Below, one piece after another: positions 14,393 to 27,973 of a stretch of 64,000 nucleotides of DNA (positions are counted from its first letter, which is position 1; the number at the start of each line of letters is the position of its first letter). This DNA is from Cycas panzhihuaensis (Eukaryota > Plantae > Cycadophyta). The notes under the pieces were generated by a model, which had not been told where the DNA came from, did no database searches, and worked only from the letters and a program-made list of their open reading frames with translations. A program made the position numbers and the translations under genes. The stretch is taken from NCBI GenBank assembly GCA_023213395.1, contig CM041465.1, forward strand, positions 131,819,741 through 131,883,740, written 5' to 3'.

Positions 14393-15900
14393 AAATAGTC
14401 CTTAGTGGGTGTAGAAAGCAAACTTTTCTTGATCCAAATTAGAGGTAAATCTTAAAGAAGAAGACAAAGCCATTAAGCTTAATGATGATGTTATCCATTC
14501 TAGGAATGGAATATTTGTTCTTTATTATAATAAAATTTAGGTTTCTATAGTTAATTCAAAATCTAAAAGAAACATCCTTTTTTCCTGTGAGTACAACTTG
14601 AGTAATATACAAACTCTTGATGGGATTGATTACACTAAGATCTAAAATATCTATAGTGACACATTTAATTTTAGTCTTTTGATTATGGTTGTATTGATAA
14701 GAGGGTACAAAGGTGGGCCTTGAACTAAATTTGATCTAAATTAAGTGCTCCATGCTATGGTCTAATGGGAGTCTAATTTATAAGGACTAAAAGCTTTATT
14801 TATGCTTGGTCAGTAGGGACTAAATATCCTAATGTTAACCTTCATATAATTAATTATTAAGAGTCAAAGAAATACATTTAAGCAATGAACCCAACATCTC
14901 CTCTAGATAGGAATTTCTCCTATTTTTTTTACTAGAATGACCCTAGAATCACTACTTATAATACTAATAAGTTTGTAAATGGTTCCATCCCAATGAAAAT
15001 GAATAAATTTCTTATTATGATTTAGTGTATTAGTGTGTAATTTCTAGATCCATCCAAAAGAGATGGTGTTAATCTATAGTTATTGGTGAGTTATTTCTGC
15101 ATTATAGGTGATCAAGTGATCCCTATGTACTAATATATTAAATGTCCAAGACTTATTGATATAAATGCCATGATAATAAGCAAGTTTGGGGTATATAATG
15201 AGGACCACAACTTTCTCTTTCTATAAAAGCTATTTAGCTTGATAATATTTGGTCATTGTATATTAAGTATAGTTGTTAGTAGATTATCCATCATCCAATG
15301 GTAGAGTTTGATTGACCTCAACTTAGTCATCGATGATGTCCATTTCCTATTCATTGATTTCTTATTTAATTATACAACATTGTTTCTATTTTGGACATGC
15401 CTTATTATAACTTGAAACCTATTTATCTTTGCATAAAAATAGAGGCCATTATTTTTAACCTTTTATGACTCTTGAAATTGTACATTAATCAAAGGTTATA
15501 GGGAAAATGTCATGAGGATAGAATATGTTTTAGTCTACTTCATCCCTTTTGACAATAGTTAGGTATCATGCCTTATCTCATTTTTTGTTGGGCTTTAATT
15601 GGGTGTTTACATTGATTAGTTAATTGACTAATGTGATGATTGGATGACTATCTAGTCTGATTGTCTTTTTATATATTTTAATCATCACCTATGATGTTTA
15701 GATCTTAATGTACTCACCTATATGGCACACCCAAGCTTGCTTTAAAGCATAGCTCTAGTTCTTTTCAAGGTTTTTTACAAATTTTCAAACTTATTATTTA
15801 TTGATCAATTGCTTTTATTATGCCCTCATCTAATGTCATCACTTTGTTTATCTCCGCATTGGCCTTGTCTAATGATTTCAAAAAGAAAATTCACTTCATT
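14393..15900 (-). mobile_element. Heavily deleted chromovirus-like gypsy remnant W (RT N-terminus and upstream gag/protease debris)
   Basis: Minus strand ~14600-14440 reads VVL..KKD.SFRF.INYRNLN.IIIKNKYSIPRMDNII.KLNG..FF.KIYL.FG, a chromovirus-type RT start. Right boundary is approximate. Confidence 0.65.
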
Positions 15901-18900
15901 TTTTAAAAAAATTTAATGATTTTTTATTTTTTATTTTTAAATAAAAGAATAAGTAACTAGGATAAATATAAGAGTAATGCAAGAACTTAGATCACTTTTT
16001 ATGGTGTGTTAGAATTGCTTGCATCTTAGATTATTTATAAAAAACAAAAATAAGAAAGAGTTTAAATAGTGCATATCCATATAGATGCATTAGTATAAAT
16101 ATATTTATTTTTATTGTGTAGTTTATACATAGTCAAGGTGGTTGATGATTTCATGTAATCCAAATATGCATGTTAGTTTGCATATAGGCACTTGTTACTA
16201 TTTATTCCCCCCAGGTTAGGTCTTTCTCTCTCAGTAAGATGATTCTTGATCATTTAGGACTTGACATCCCTAATGTACAAGCTCATGCTTTCTTGAGACC
16301 AAATACTTCTTATTATAAGGGGACTATTAATTAGTTGCGACGTGATATCCCCAATATACAAACTTATCCTTTGAGATTATTTTCTTCTTATATTATGTAC
16401 TCTAAAGGTGATGGTTTCCTCCCACACTTTGGGTCTAAAGTATCTCCTCTCTATATCTCTCTTTCATGTCTGAGTATGTAAGACTAACTAGAATCAAATG
16501 AAAGCATCCCCAAGATGTTCACTTTCATGAGTGAATCATTATCAAGTAAGGGAGTCCTGAGTGGTTGACCCTTAATAATGTCATTAATTAAGGTCTGAGC
16601 TCTTATAAGTCTTCTCACTCATCAGTCCTCCCATCCCTTAGCTAGTGTAACATAGTTCTCTCCTTCATTGTTATATAGAGGTATAAGTTATATCACTCCT
16701 TTAGGAGGGCTTAGGGATTAGTTGATAAGGAGCTTAAGACATCTTTTTTTGGGGTAAGGACCCTAGCAATCCCTCTATTGATTAGGGGTCTTTGCTTTTC
16801 TAATTTTTCCCTTAGGGAAAAGTAGCTAGAAATTATTAGTTTCTTTGAATCTCTTTTATTGTTTTAGGTTTGATTGTTGAATAATTAGTACTTAGTTAAT
16901 AATTAGTTAGATCTTATTATCTTAGCACACATATAAAAAGGCATCTCTCTTTCATTTAGGAGAGAGTCAAGGATATGTCAAGACTTGTCACTATAGTTGC
17001 CTTTATGAGGATCACTCCTCCTCTCATCTAAGGTTCCTAAGATAACCCACCTTAATAAGCATCATGTTTATAGACCATAGTAGAGAATTTCCTAAACTTC
17101 CTAGTTTCCCATTCACATCATTAGATTCATTCGTTGGCATACATCCCTCTAGTTTACCCCACTTTAATCTTTCTCCCTAGCCAAGCTACCTTCATGAATT
17201 TCATTGCATCCCTTTATTCCACTTGAGTCATATCCACATACTTCATTTGTCTTTTATTCTATGTCCTTCATGAATCCTTCCCACATCTCTCTTAACTAAT
17301 CTAGGAGAATTTAAGGTCTTCCCCCTTAAGACTCCTTATCACCTTCTTAAGCTACCACCTTTGCTCCTCATGAAAATTATAAAACCTCCATTATTGATCT
17401 TATCACTACTTTGTTTATATGTTAGGATGCTTAGAACCCATTCGAGTATGTTAAAGACCCTATTTTACATTAAGTCTCTATTAGAGAAGAACATGACCTA
17501 GTTAAGAATGTGTCTTTGGTAGGAACTCTTATGTCACTACATAATCATTATATGGATCATATGAGATCTACCTCCCATGATGAGGAATATGGAGTTTCCA
17601 TGTCATATTCTTCTCTAACTATAACATATCACTTTGAGCAAGCTCTAGGTCTCACCACCTTAACCTACACTTGCTTATACATCATTACAAAGGAGTGAGA
17701 GGAATACATGCCTCATATTCTCCTATCCTCTTTAAGCATCGACCCTAGGGGTCATGCTCATGATCTTCAGACTGAGTTTGTGATGGTTTGGCAATGTGCA
17801 CCTCTACTTAACACTTCTCAAGTAGGACCTCAATGGGGTTTTATCCCCACCACCTATTATAATTAACTAAGTACTTATTTCTCACATGTTCCTAGCTCAT
17901 CCTACATCACTAATAGATGCTTTCCCATCAGTTGTGTGCCATCATCCTTCAAAAGGTAATCCCTTCATGCATATCCCACAAATGAATGCCCCTCTTACTC
18001 AACCTCCTTTACCTTGACCATCATCCTATATTGTCACTTCATCAAGGGCTAATTAATCTTACATGACCTATATTATAGGTATGAGCCATCAAATTCCACA
18101 TGCATATGCCACACGACCATGGAAAAACCCCATACCTCGTTATAACCTAGTACCTACCCATATCCCATAGGGTTATTTGAGTCAACCTCTTAATTATGGA
18201 CCATAAGTTACCCTCACTTATTAGCATCTATAAGGATTCTCTCCTCGAGGAGCATTTATATCTTACCTTCCCGCAAGACTATATCCTAGACATTTAGAAC
18301 AACCACATGCACCTTATCCTAAATATTCCACCCATTATAAGGCACCTAGAGACTTAGGACCTATATACACAACCCCTCAAATGACTTCATCTTTAAGGGT
18401 GAGGAGGTCATATATTGAATACAAGAGGAATCCATTCCCATAAGAACTTCTTCTATGTCCCCTATCTTTTTTCATACTTAAGTTACCTAAATTTTTAGGG
18501 GAATTCACTCAAGATCCAATAGGGCATACACAAGATTTTACTCTTAGGTACACTGACTATCTTCCCTATGACTATCTAATAATGTAACTATTTATAAAGA
18601 CTCTCTAGGGTGATGCCTTGAAGTAGTTCTATTGATTAAAACCCATATTTATCTTCTATTTCTGATAATTGGTTGATACTATTATAAGCTATTTTGGCAT
18701 GGGTAATCCATTTGAGATTGGCACCAAAACCCTACTCCTTGTCAAATAAGGTGGAGAAGAGTCATTACATGACTTTGTTCATCATTTTCAAGATTTGGCC
18801 CATGTCTGCCAAGCCCCCCTAAACAATGACTTGCTTTTTCATGTCTTCACTAATGCCTTAAGACCCCAGGTATACCTTAAGGTCCTTAAACTAGGGCCTT

Positions 18901-21900
18901 CTTCTTATGAAGAAGCCTCAAAAAGTGCCTATCTCTTGAAGCATTTTAGATTAAATATAAGGTTAAATTATTAACCAAACCTCTTGTACCCAAAGAAAAG
19001 ATTGAACTAGCTTAGGGGTCTAAGTCAATGTAAAGTGATTATACTTATGATCACCTCACTTCTATAGTTTGAGCTTTTAAAAGCTCCATTAATGTTAAAC
19101 TTCTTATTGATATCTTTTATACTCCTAGACCTAAGAAAGAAACCAAAGCCATACATTTCACTGAACGAAAAAAGACCCTAATGTAATGACTCTTAAGAAA
19201 ATGCATAAGTTCCCTTATCACCAAATATACATACATGATCAAGAAGATTGTCACAAACTTAAAGACCTTGGTTATCATAGTCAAGCTAACGAAAAGCCTA
19301 CCTCTAAGTCAAATCAAGATCAATTTATATATGAAGACCCACTTCCTAACCATAGTAAAAAGACCATTAAGGATAAGGGTAAATCCAAAGTACAAAATTA
19401 TAGTAATATCAAATATTCTAATTCTAAGGCTACCAACAAGAAGTCATCACTATTGAAATATGATGATAAATATTCCAATGCATCAAATAGACTATTGTGT
19501 AAAGTACAACACTTGAGAAGATGATCAATATGGTTGAGGCCACCAAGCTCTATTCTTCATCTAAACCCCTTAATGGCAACTCACCACCTAAGGACAAGTC
19601 TATAAATTCCTCTCCTCAGTTTACCATTACACCTATTCTCTTTAGGTCTATTCCCTAATACACAAAAGAGGGTACTTTCTCTCTTGTAGAAGAGCTAAAA
19701 ATTATTCCTATAGGGATTTTTGTAATGGCCCTTCTTAAGAGTTTCCCTAATTAATAATAGTTATTACTTAATACTCTTGGGGTATTAAGGTCTAATTTTC
19801 CCCTCAAACTAACTTTACACTTTAATCTATCCACATTGATCAATAAGAGAAAAGGAAATCACAATGAAATAGTCTCATTTTACATCAAGATCCTTAAAGA
19901 TGATATTAACATTAAAATATGTATCATTAATGAGGGATCTTTTATTAATGCCATGTTATTATAAATCCTTAAAGGCATAAAAGTATCCACTTATGAGCCA
20001 ATAGATTAGATTTTCCAAGGATATGACAAATATTAAAAAACCCCAATTGGTTGGTTACTCTTCCACTTACTCTTAAAGGAAAGATAGTCATGACAGAGGT
20101 TACTATCCTTGATCTTGACCTTGAGTTTAACCTTTTACTAGGTCAACCTTGGATAGGTCAAATGTTAGTAGTTTGTTCATCACTAATCAGTAAAGACAAG
20201 TTTGTTTGTGATTATGAGATCAAAGTTGTCAAGTATAGGAGTAATCCCATAAAATAATATATTTCTCTAATTGATGCAATTATTGAAGAAGGAGAATCTT
20301 CTTCTTCTTTTAGGTCATTAGGTTTTATATAGTGTTTTACTATAGAACAATCAACTCTAGAGCCCTAAGTTGAGTCAAGGGATGTTTCTGTGATTATTAT
20401 ATGTCCTTCAAGTGATGAGTCCCTTTCAAGGTAGTTTATATAGTACCTCACTTCTAATAAAGAAGTAGGTTCACCTTCCCTCATTGATCTCTCTTTTGAT
20501 TAAGAACCCTAATCCACCTAGGGCTCTTAATTTGATCTTTTAGTATAATTTAATTGGGATATTCATGCCTAAGTGGCTTTCCCCCCTGATCAAACTCCTC
20601 AAATCAAGATTTTCCCTTCTACTATCAACACCATAATACAAGATTCATTTATACATAGTCTTGTTATTCATGACTATCCTTATTGAGAAATACTGACTCT
20701 AAAATCCATTCTTAACCTTCATCATTTTAAGAATGATAAGGTAATTTTAGAACACCTAGTAGGAGCCTCCCAAAATCTCCTACCTAATTATCATAAGCTT
20801 AGGTTTGCCAAGTACATTCAACTTAACTCTCCCTTAACAAGTTTAAATCATGAACCACACACCTCCTCTCTTCTACTAGATCTTGCTCCTTCCCATTTTA
20901 AGTAAGGTAACATTATGCACATAGGACAAACTATTAACATTGACCTTGACATGGATGAGACTCTAACAATAATCAAGGTAGGAGTTGATTACTCCCCTTT
21001 TGAGATCAAATAATTGAAAGAAGTATTCAAAGAGTTCTCTTTAGTTTTTACACAAGATTATAGTGATATGAAGGGCTTGCATCCTAATGTTGTGGTCCAT
21101 AATATTACTACCATTCCTAGGGTTAAACCCAAGTGCCATAAATAGAGACTTATCCACCCATAACTTTTTGTAGTAATTAAATAATATATTAAAAAGTTTT
21201 TAAAAGTTAACTTTATAGAAATAGTGGATTACTCCTAATAGGTATCAAACATTGTATCTATTACTAAGAAAAATACTTATATCCATATTTGCATTAATTT
21301 TTAGGATGCTAATGACTCATGCTCTAAGGACAATTTTCTATTACCTTTCCTTAACCAAATCTAAGACTAAACAATCAAATTTGAGATAATATACCTCATG
21401 GATGGCCTCTCAATGTGTAACTAAATTCTTATCTTCCTCAAGGATCATCATAAAATTGCATTCACTACATTGTGAATAACCTTTATTTATAAGGTTATGC
21501 TATTTGGCCTTAAGAATATTGGGGCTACTTATCAGTAAGCCATGAGTTTTATTTTTAATGACATATCTAGCGGCATTATCACCATTTACCTTGATAATAT
21601 TATGGGATTCTCTCACTACTAAAAGAATCACATCTAAGATCTAAGAGTTGTCTTTAAAAGATGCCAAAAGTCTTAGTTATATCTTAATCCCAATAAGTGT
21701 TTCTTTGTGGTTACGTAAAGCAAAATGCTTGGGAATATCATATCAAGAGATGATATTATGGTAGATCTAGATAAAGTGAAATCCATCATTAATATACCCC
21801 ACCCTGTAATAAGAAATAAGTCAAATATTTCTATGGAAGATTGGATTCCTTATGATGCTTCCTTGATGACTTCACTTTTAATGTAAAACCACTCATTGAC

Positions 21901-24900
21901 ATCCTCAAAAGGGGTGCCTCACTTGAATGGACCCTTGTGTTCTAAGAAGCATTTTATAGACTTAAACAAGCACTAGTTTCTAATCCTACCCTAGCTTTGG
22001 CTATTTTTCATAAGCCTTTAATTCTCTCCATCTCCTCTACTAAAGAATCCTGTGGGGGAATGCTTTCCCAAGAAGATGAGTTTATGTAAGAGCATGCCAT
22101 CTACTTTATTATCCATACTTTAATTATTACAAAAATTAATTAGTGCCCATCTAAAAAAGAGTGTTTGGAATTGGTCTTCATAAATAAGAAACTATACCAT
22201 TATCAGCTCAATAACACCACCTGCATGGTAGCACCGTCATACCTGATTAGACTCCTACTTACTAAAATTGACCTCACTAGCTAAGTGAGTAAATAGGAAC
22301 TATTACTTCAAAAGTTTGATTTATGAATACTTAACCATAAATCTAAAAAGGAAATGGTTGTTCCTAAATATTTAGTTGTGGTATTTCTTTCTAACAATGA
22401 TCATCATACAATTAATACACTCTCAGATAAGCATATTTTCCAAGTTGATACTCTCCTATGTAAGGATGGAGATAAATGGTATAAGGATATTCAAACGTAC
22501 TTATAAGAATAAGATTACCCATTAGATGTCTCTTCTAAGAAGTGGAAGAGACTTAGAGTAGTTGCACATCAATACCTATTACTTAATGAGGTTCTCTACA
22601 AATTCTCCTTTGATAGAGCTTTGCTAAGATGTGTTACCCCTTTTAAAGCACAAGCCACCTTAATTAAGTGCTACATATTAGGTAATATTAACCCATAAGA
22701 ATATTAAATTGATGTAATTACCCCTTTGATAGATACTAGAGGGTCATAATATACACACTTCTTCATGTAAGATGCCATTAATTGACCAAGTAGCTCTTAG
22801 ATTATGATTAGATAGCTAGGTGGTGATATGTGCCATAAATATATATTAGTCTAACATAATACAAGTAGAAGTGGCTATTTCCCATAAGCAGTCTGTATTA
22901 TGTATTTGTATATATTATTTTTTTATTTGTTCACCTACATATCTTATATTTTATAGTCTAGTATGATCTTAGACCTATTATTGGGTATTTATTTTTACAA
23001 GTGGTATTAGATTTATCTTTGCTTCTATCTCTTTTTTACATTTCATATAATAGCCTTAGTTTAAGCTTGTGTTGACCCTAGTTAGGTTTTAAGACTATGA
23101 GTATATCCATCTATTAAGGGTTTATTTTAAAATTATTTTAAGTATGCTTGTTTATGATCAATTAGGGGGGTACTTTGTTCATTTGTTAGGTGATGTTCTA
23201 CTTTAGATTATAGATGGTTTTAAACCACAGTTTATAGGATATCTAAAGCATATTAATATCATAAACATAGAGCATATTGGTGCCTATGATGCTTGTGCAT
23301 AAAAATCTAGTTAGAACATGTGCTACGGTTATCTTCAATCCCACATAAGTTTATTGCATATTTTAATTCCTTTTTGGACTAGTTATTTGCATGTTTTAGT
23401 AATATATACAGAGATATTACACGTAAATCTAAGAGTGAGGCTTCAAATGTAAGCTTGATCACCCAATGAAGCCAGTGATATGGTAGGGTAGGCCATTATT
23501 TCCTCTATCAAATGGTGAAGCAATCATGATTGGTGAAGAGGGTGTTACAACATGGTTTAGAGTAGAAGATGGTTCATTGGCCCATGTGAAGAAATTGGTG
23601 CATGTTTGGAGCCTAGTGTAGGGCTTACTGATTATAACAGAAATTATACAATGTAAAAGAATTTTATTAACAATGTGATGTACAATGAGGGTTTACAGGT
23701 TCATTAGGGTTTGTTAGGTTCCATCCTATCACTAAGTTGAGAGATTAATTATTTATCATTACATGTGATTATGTAGCATATTTATTATATAGAAGAATCT
23801 CCATATTATAGTAAGAGAACCCGTTGATATTGCTACCAATTAATTAATGAGATCTTATAACTACCTACTGCATGGAGGGTTTGATATGTACTAATTACTA
23901 GCTATAAATAGATTTCTTACCATCTAACCAAGTATGAGAAGGATTTGGCATCTTTATTAAGAAGGTTCAACATTGTTTATGAATGTAGCAATGGTCTTTT
24001 AGTGTTAGGTAATGTGTTAGGTGGATTGGTTAGTTGTTTGAAGAAGCATGTTGAGATGATTTAATATTTTAGGCTATTAACACCACATGTATCTCTATCT
24101 ACTAATGTTATACATTCTTGTTGAGTGAGGTTTCTAGCATTGGGCATCTATGTTTATGAGTTGGGCAACTTTGTTAGACTTTTAAGGGACTTTGTAAGTG
24201 TTTATGTGCATATCAACAAAAATATCTCATCATTAGGTGCATATTTTGTAAATATAACATCATTAGTAGATTTGCAATGCTTAAAAATACTAGCATGATG
24301 CTCACAAATCAAAAAATAAATGAAAATTAAAGTGTAGAAGTCATTGGAATGCTCATAGTACATGCATAAGTCATGCATAAGAAATTATAATGGCAACTTA
24401 ATTTTTTAATAAATCAAAGTTTATAACATAAGAAAAATATCATTAAAGTATTTTTTTATGTTATTTGGAATTTGCATAGCCCTTGAAATAGTCACATGGG
24501 ATTTTTAATGTGGTTAGGGGCCACAAGGAAAAGTGACCTTTTTTATTTTTTATCTTTTCCATTTGAAAAGGTACCTCTACATACAACAATGGTTGCATCT
24601 CCCTCATATTACATCAAAATTGAATGTCATCAATTGTGTTATAAAGCTAACCCATAGGGATTTCTAATAAGTGGTTAGATGATATGCTTTAAGGCCTTTT
24701 AGGGCAATTTTAATAGTGTGAAGTTTGGACTTTGATTTGATAGGGCATTAAAATAAAGTATATGCATGAAAAAAGAGACATTTTGTCAAATATTTTTACT
24801 CAGATAACCATTTTTATAAGTTTTTTTCATAATGTAGTAGATGGGGTTAAGGGTTTTTAACTTAATTTTTCTCTTAGAGTTGCAACCTTAACTAGGATAG

Positions 24901-25530
24901 CTAGAAATAAGTAAAATGAGAGTAGATGAAGGTTTCTTAATAGGCAAATATTAGTGAACCATGTATATGAAGGCCATTTTAGAGGATTGGTAGGTACAAC
25001 GATTGGTTACCCATGTGCTTTGATAGATGTTTATCTTTTATATGCATTCAACATCATATTTGAAGTAGTTATATGGCATGGATGGAGCATTAAAAGGGAA
25101 ATGTTAAGTAATGTTAACCCATAGAACTATTAAACTAATGTAATTACCCCTTTGATATACACTAAGGAGTCATAGTACGATTAGAATATAATATTTAATG
25201 TTGTGTGAGTCTTAGGGTCAATAGTCTCAAGTATTAGAGGGTAAGAGTCATTTATCATTATAACGTTATTGGTGAAATTAGTAGTGTAATGTCATTAGTT
25301 AGAGTAAAGATAACAGTCCCACATGCATTAGATCTATAGTGTGATCTCCCACCCACTTGGTATATAAAAGTGGTTGTGGTGGTATATGAAACACAAGTGA
25401 TCATGGAGACTCATATAGAGTCCATGGTATGGTTGATGTTCTGATATAATTTGTTAATATAGAGTTGTGATTCTTGTCCATTGATATTGTTTGGTGTTAT
25501 TTGATGAATGCTTTCCATGTTATTTTAACA

Positions 25531-25540
25531 TGGTATCAGA
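25531..25540 (+). promoter_or_regulatory. Primer binding site (initiator tRNA-Met type) of element X
   Basis: TGGTATCAGA immediately after the LTR end …TTTTAACA. Confidence 0.85.
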
Positions 25541-26344
25541 AAAGGCTTCCATATCTCTGTGAGAGTGGGCTAAGAGAGTTGTGTTGCAAGGTCACAAGGA
25601 AAAAGGTTGCGGATTGCTTATGAAGCCCATTGTTGTGTAGATTCACCAGTCTATTAATGCATATGGAGGAGGCTCTGTAGAATCTATTGATAGTGTGTGA
25701 TTTTGTTTGAAGAGGATGAGAGACCTAAAGTGCTAAAGTATTGATGCATGATAAAATTTTCCAGGTAACATTGTTCCCTTGCTTTGTAATGGAAATTTTG
25801 TGTCATGAACTTGTGACTAGTGTGAACTTGTGAAGCAAAAATTAGTGATATACGAAATTGTTGATTATATGATTAGACGGTGATAGCAAAAGGCTTATAC
25901 TTATGGTTGTGTTGAAATCTGTTATGAAAATAGTTAAGAAAAATTTGATGGTAGAATCTAAGCATATCCTAGCTATGATGACTATGATTGATGTTTGTCA
26001 AATATCAATTCTAGGATAAGATCTACATGCAAAAATTACTTACAACCTCACCATAATAAAGAAAATATTTAAAGAGAAAATAAAAATTGACAAAGGATTG
26101 ATCATCATTCCCTCAGAATGTTATCTTCAAAGTTTGTTGCACACCAAAAGCTAGGATCTTATTTTTCTCTTGGGTAACTTCACATTCCTGGACATTCAAT
26201 TTCTCATCATGGTTCAAAGTGGCAGAAGAGTTACATGACATGCTACTGGCAGTGGCCTCAATAATTTCAGTTGATCCAATCCTTGGTTCAGTCTCTATTG
26301 TTTCGCCTCCCTAGCTTAGGAGATCCTGTAGATACAGAATTTCT

Positions 26345-26443
26345 TACTCTCACCTTTGAAGCTCTTACAGAAGTTGAAATAGAGGAGGCAATAGAACAAG
26401 CATCTTCCTCATCATGATTTAACTCCTCCTATTGAAAAGGCTT
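26345..26443 (-). pseudogene. Captured fragment resembling WVD2-like (WDL/TPX2-family) protein, region just upstream of the KLEEK domain
   Basis: Translates KPFQ*EELNHDEEDACSIASSISTSVRASKVRV, similar to the remembered WDL motif KPLQP…DEEDxCSVASS.A.SVR..K. Confidence 0.55.
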
Positions 26444-27272
26444 CAACTCCTCTATGCTAGCTTCAGTTCACTATGATTTTCTAGTATCTTTTCTCTGAGC
26501 TTGTTTTGTGGTATTATCGTTGAATATGTTTAAAGTCTAAGCAATGATGATTGTTCTCTGTTCTTCTATATGAAAGGCTTTTGTAGTTCCTATTGTCAGC
26601 CAGGAAAGACAGAAACTATATATCAGAAGGTCTTGAATTGATTGGTTAAAGGACACGCAACTACCTGTTGGCATCTTCAAAACTGCTCTGTTTGCATTTT
26701 TAAAATAGGAGTCTAGTGGTAGGGAATAGTGACCATACTCTCTATTGAGATGGAGAAGCTACAGAAGAAATATTGACAACATGACTGATGATGTACTTCT
26801 ACCTATTGCAATAAAAGAATCACCGCTCAACACACTCATCCAGATGTTGGATTTGAAACCTAGGACATCTTGATTCATTACACCACCCAGCATATCATGG
26901 TCAACATTCTTATGTGAAGGGTAGGGCACAGTTTCCAAGATAGAATTAGATGAAGACATCATTTATGTTGAAGCCAATCAATGAACATTGAGATGCTTTC
27001 ACAGTGAAGAATGACATGGATAGACATGTAATAAGGAAACACAGACACCCACCCAAAGCCACAGTCAAATACCAAATTGTCAAACAAATATCACTGAGAA
27101 TCGTGTAGTTTAAATGTTAGTCATGGGAGACAAAGAAGAGATGTGATAAAGGAACACAGCCACAAATCAAATCATCCAAGGGAAGAGGAAAATGACAAAG
27201 CCAGCCATCCATAGATAAAATCGATGGCTATTTAGATGAAATTGAAGACTGCAATACGTTAAGGTCTCCTAT

Positions 27273-27473
27273 TACTGCTGGTTGTATGTGGCAAGGAATA
27301 ATCCTAGTCTTCTTGTTGTCTTGGACTGCAAAATATTCTAAACTGAAAGCCAGGCAGATGGGAACACTGGCTCTAACTTGTTCAGCATACTTGTTGGCCT
27401 TCCTAAAACGAATAATCTGGCCAATGGGGAATTGCAGACCCACCTCACTGCTACGTGATGTGGCCTTCTTAGA
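27273..27473 (-). pseudogene. H2A: Captured canonical histone H2A fragment with an internal in-frame deletion
   Basis: [67 protein letters not shown] versus plant H2[77 protein letters not shown]. Confidence 0.92.
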
Positions 27474-27640
27474 GTTGTTTAGGGAGAATCATCACTGGTT
27501 TAGTTTATTCTGAGTATGTGCTTGCAAGTTGTGTGATTCTAGACCATATATGAGGACCTGTTACTGTGGACTGAGACATTGCCCTGTTGGACTTTCCCAC
27601 TATAACACATGGCTAAAATTTTAAAGTCCTCTCTATTGTA

Positions 27641-27916
27641 GATCTCTGCCAAAGCTCGCACTTGTTCATTCTCATCACTAAATCTCACAAATCCATAACC
27701 ATTGGAACGACCTATGCTTCTATCTGTCATAACCTTTGCTCCTTTGACAGATAGAAACTAACTCTAGAATATCTCTTGTAGCATATAGTTCACCACATCA
27801 GATGCCAGATCTCTCACAAATATAGGATAATCTAATCTTGCCCCTGGACTTTTTTTTTTTCTAATGCTAAATGATGTTCATTTTAGCCTGAAAGGTTGAT
27901 CAATGTTAGGCATCTG
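27641..27916 (-). pseudogene. RBP45: Captured RBP45/RBP47-family fragment (end of RRM1 through most of RRM2)
   Basis: QMPNIDQPFRLK*TSF…DYPIFVRDLASDVVNYMLQEIF…SVKGAKVMTDRSIGRSNGYGFVRFSDENEQVRALAE matches MPN..QPFRLNWA…IFVGDLA.DVTDY.LQETF…KVVTD..TGRSKGYGFVRF. Confidence 0.9.
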
Positions 27917-27973
27917 TTACTTCGCCGGTATGGGTAGAACAACTCGGGGTTCTTGTGTGACGGTAAAGCCTTT

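Noticed and set aside
15320-15350. Walker-B-like LVIDDVHFL on the plus strand
   Set aside because: No Walker A or open frame. The duplicate reads LVINDVH, and the region belongs to a minus-strand gypsy remnant.
27228-27730. Functional H2A or RNA-binding protein genes
   Set aside because: They are partial, carry substitutions at invariant residues, stops and deletions, and lie inside an LTR element.
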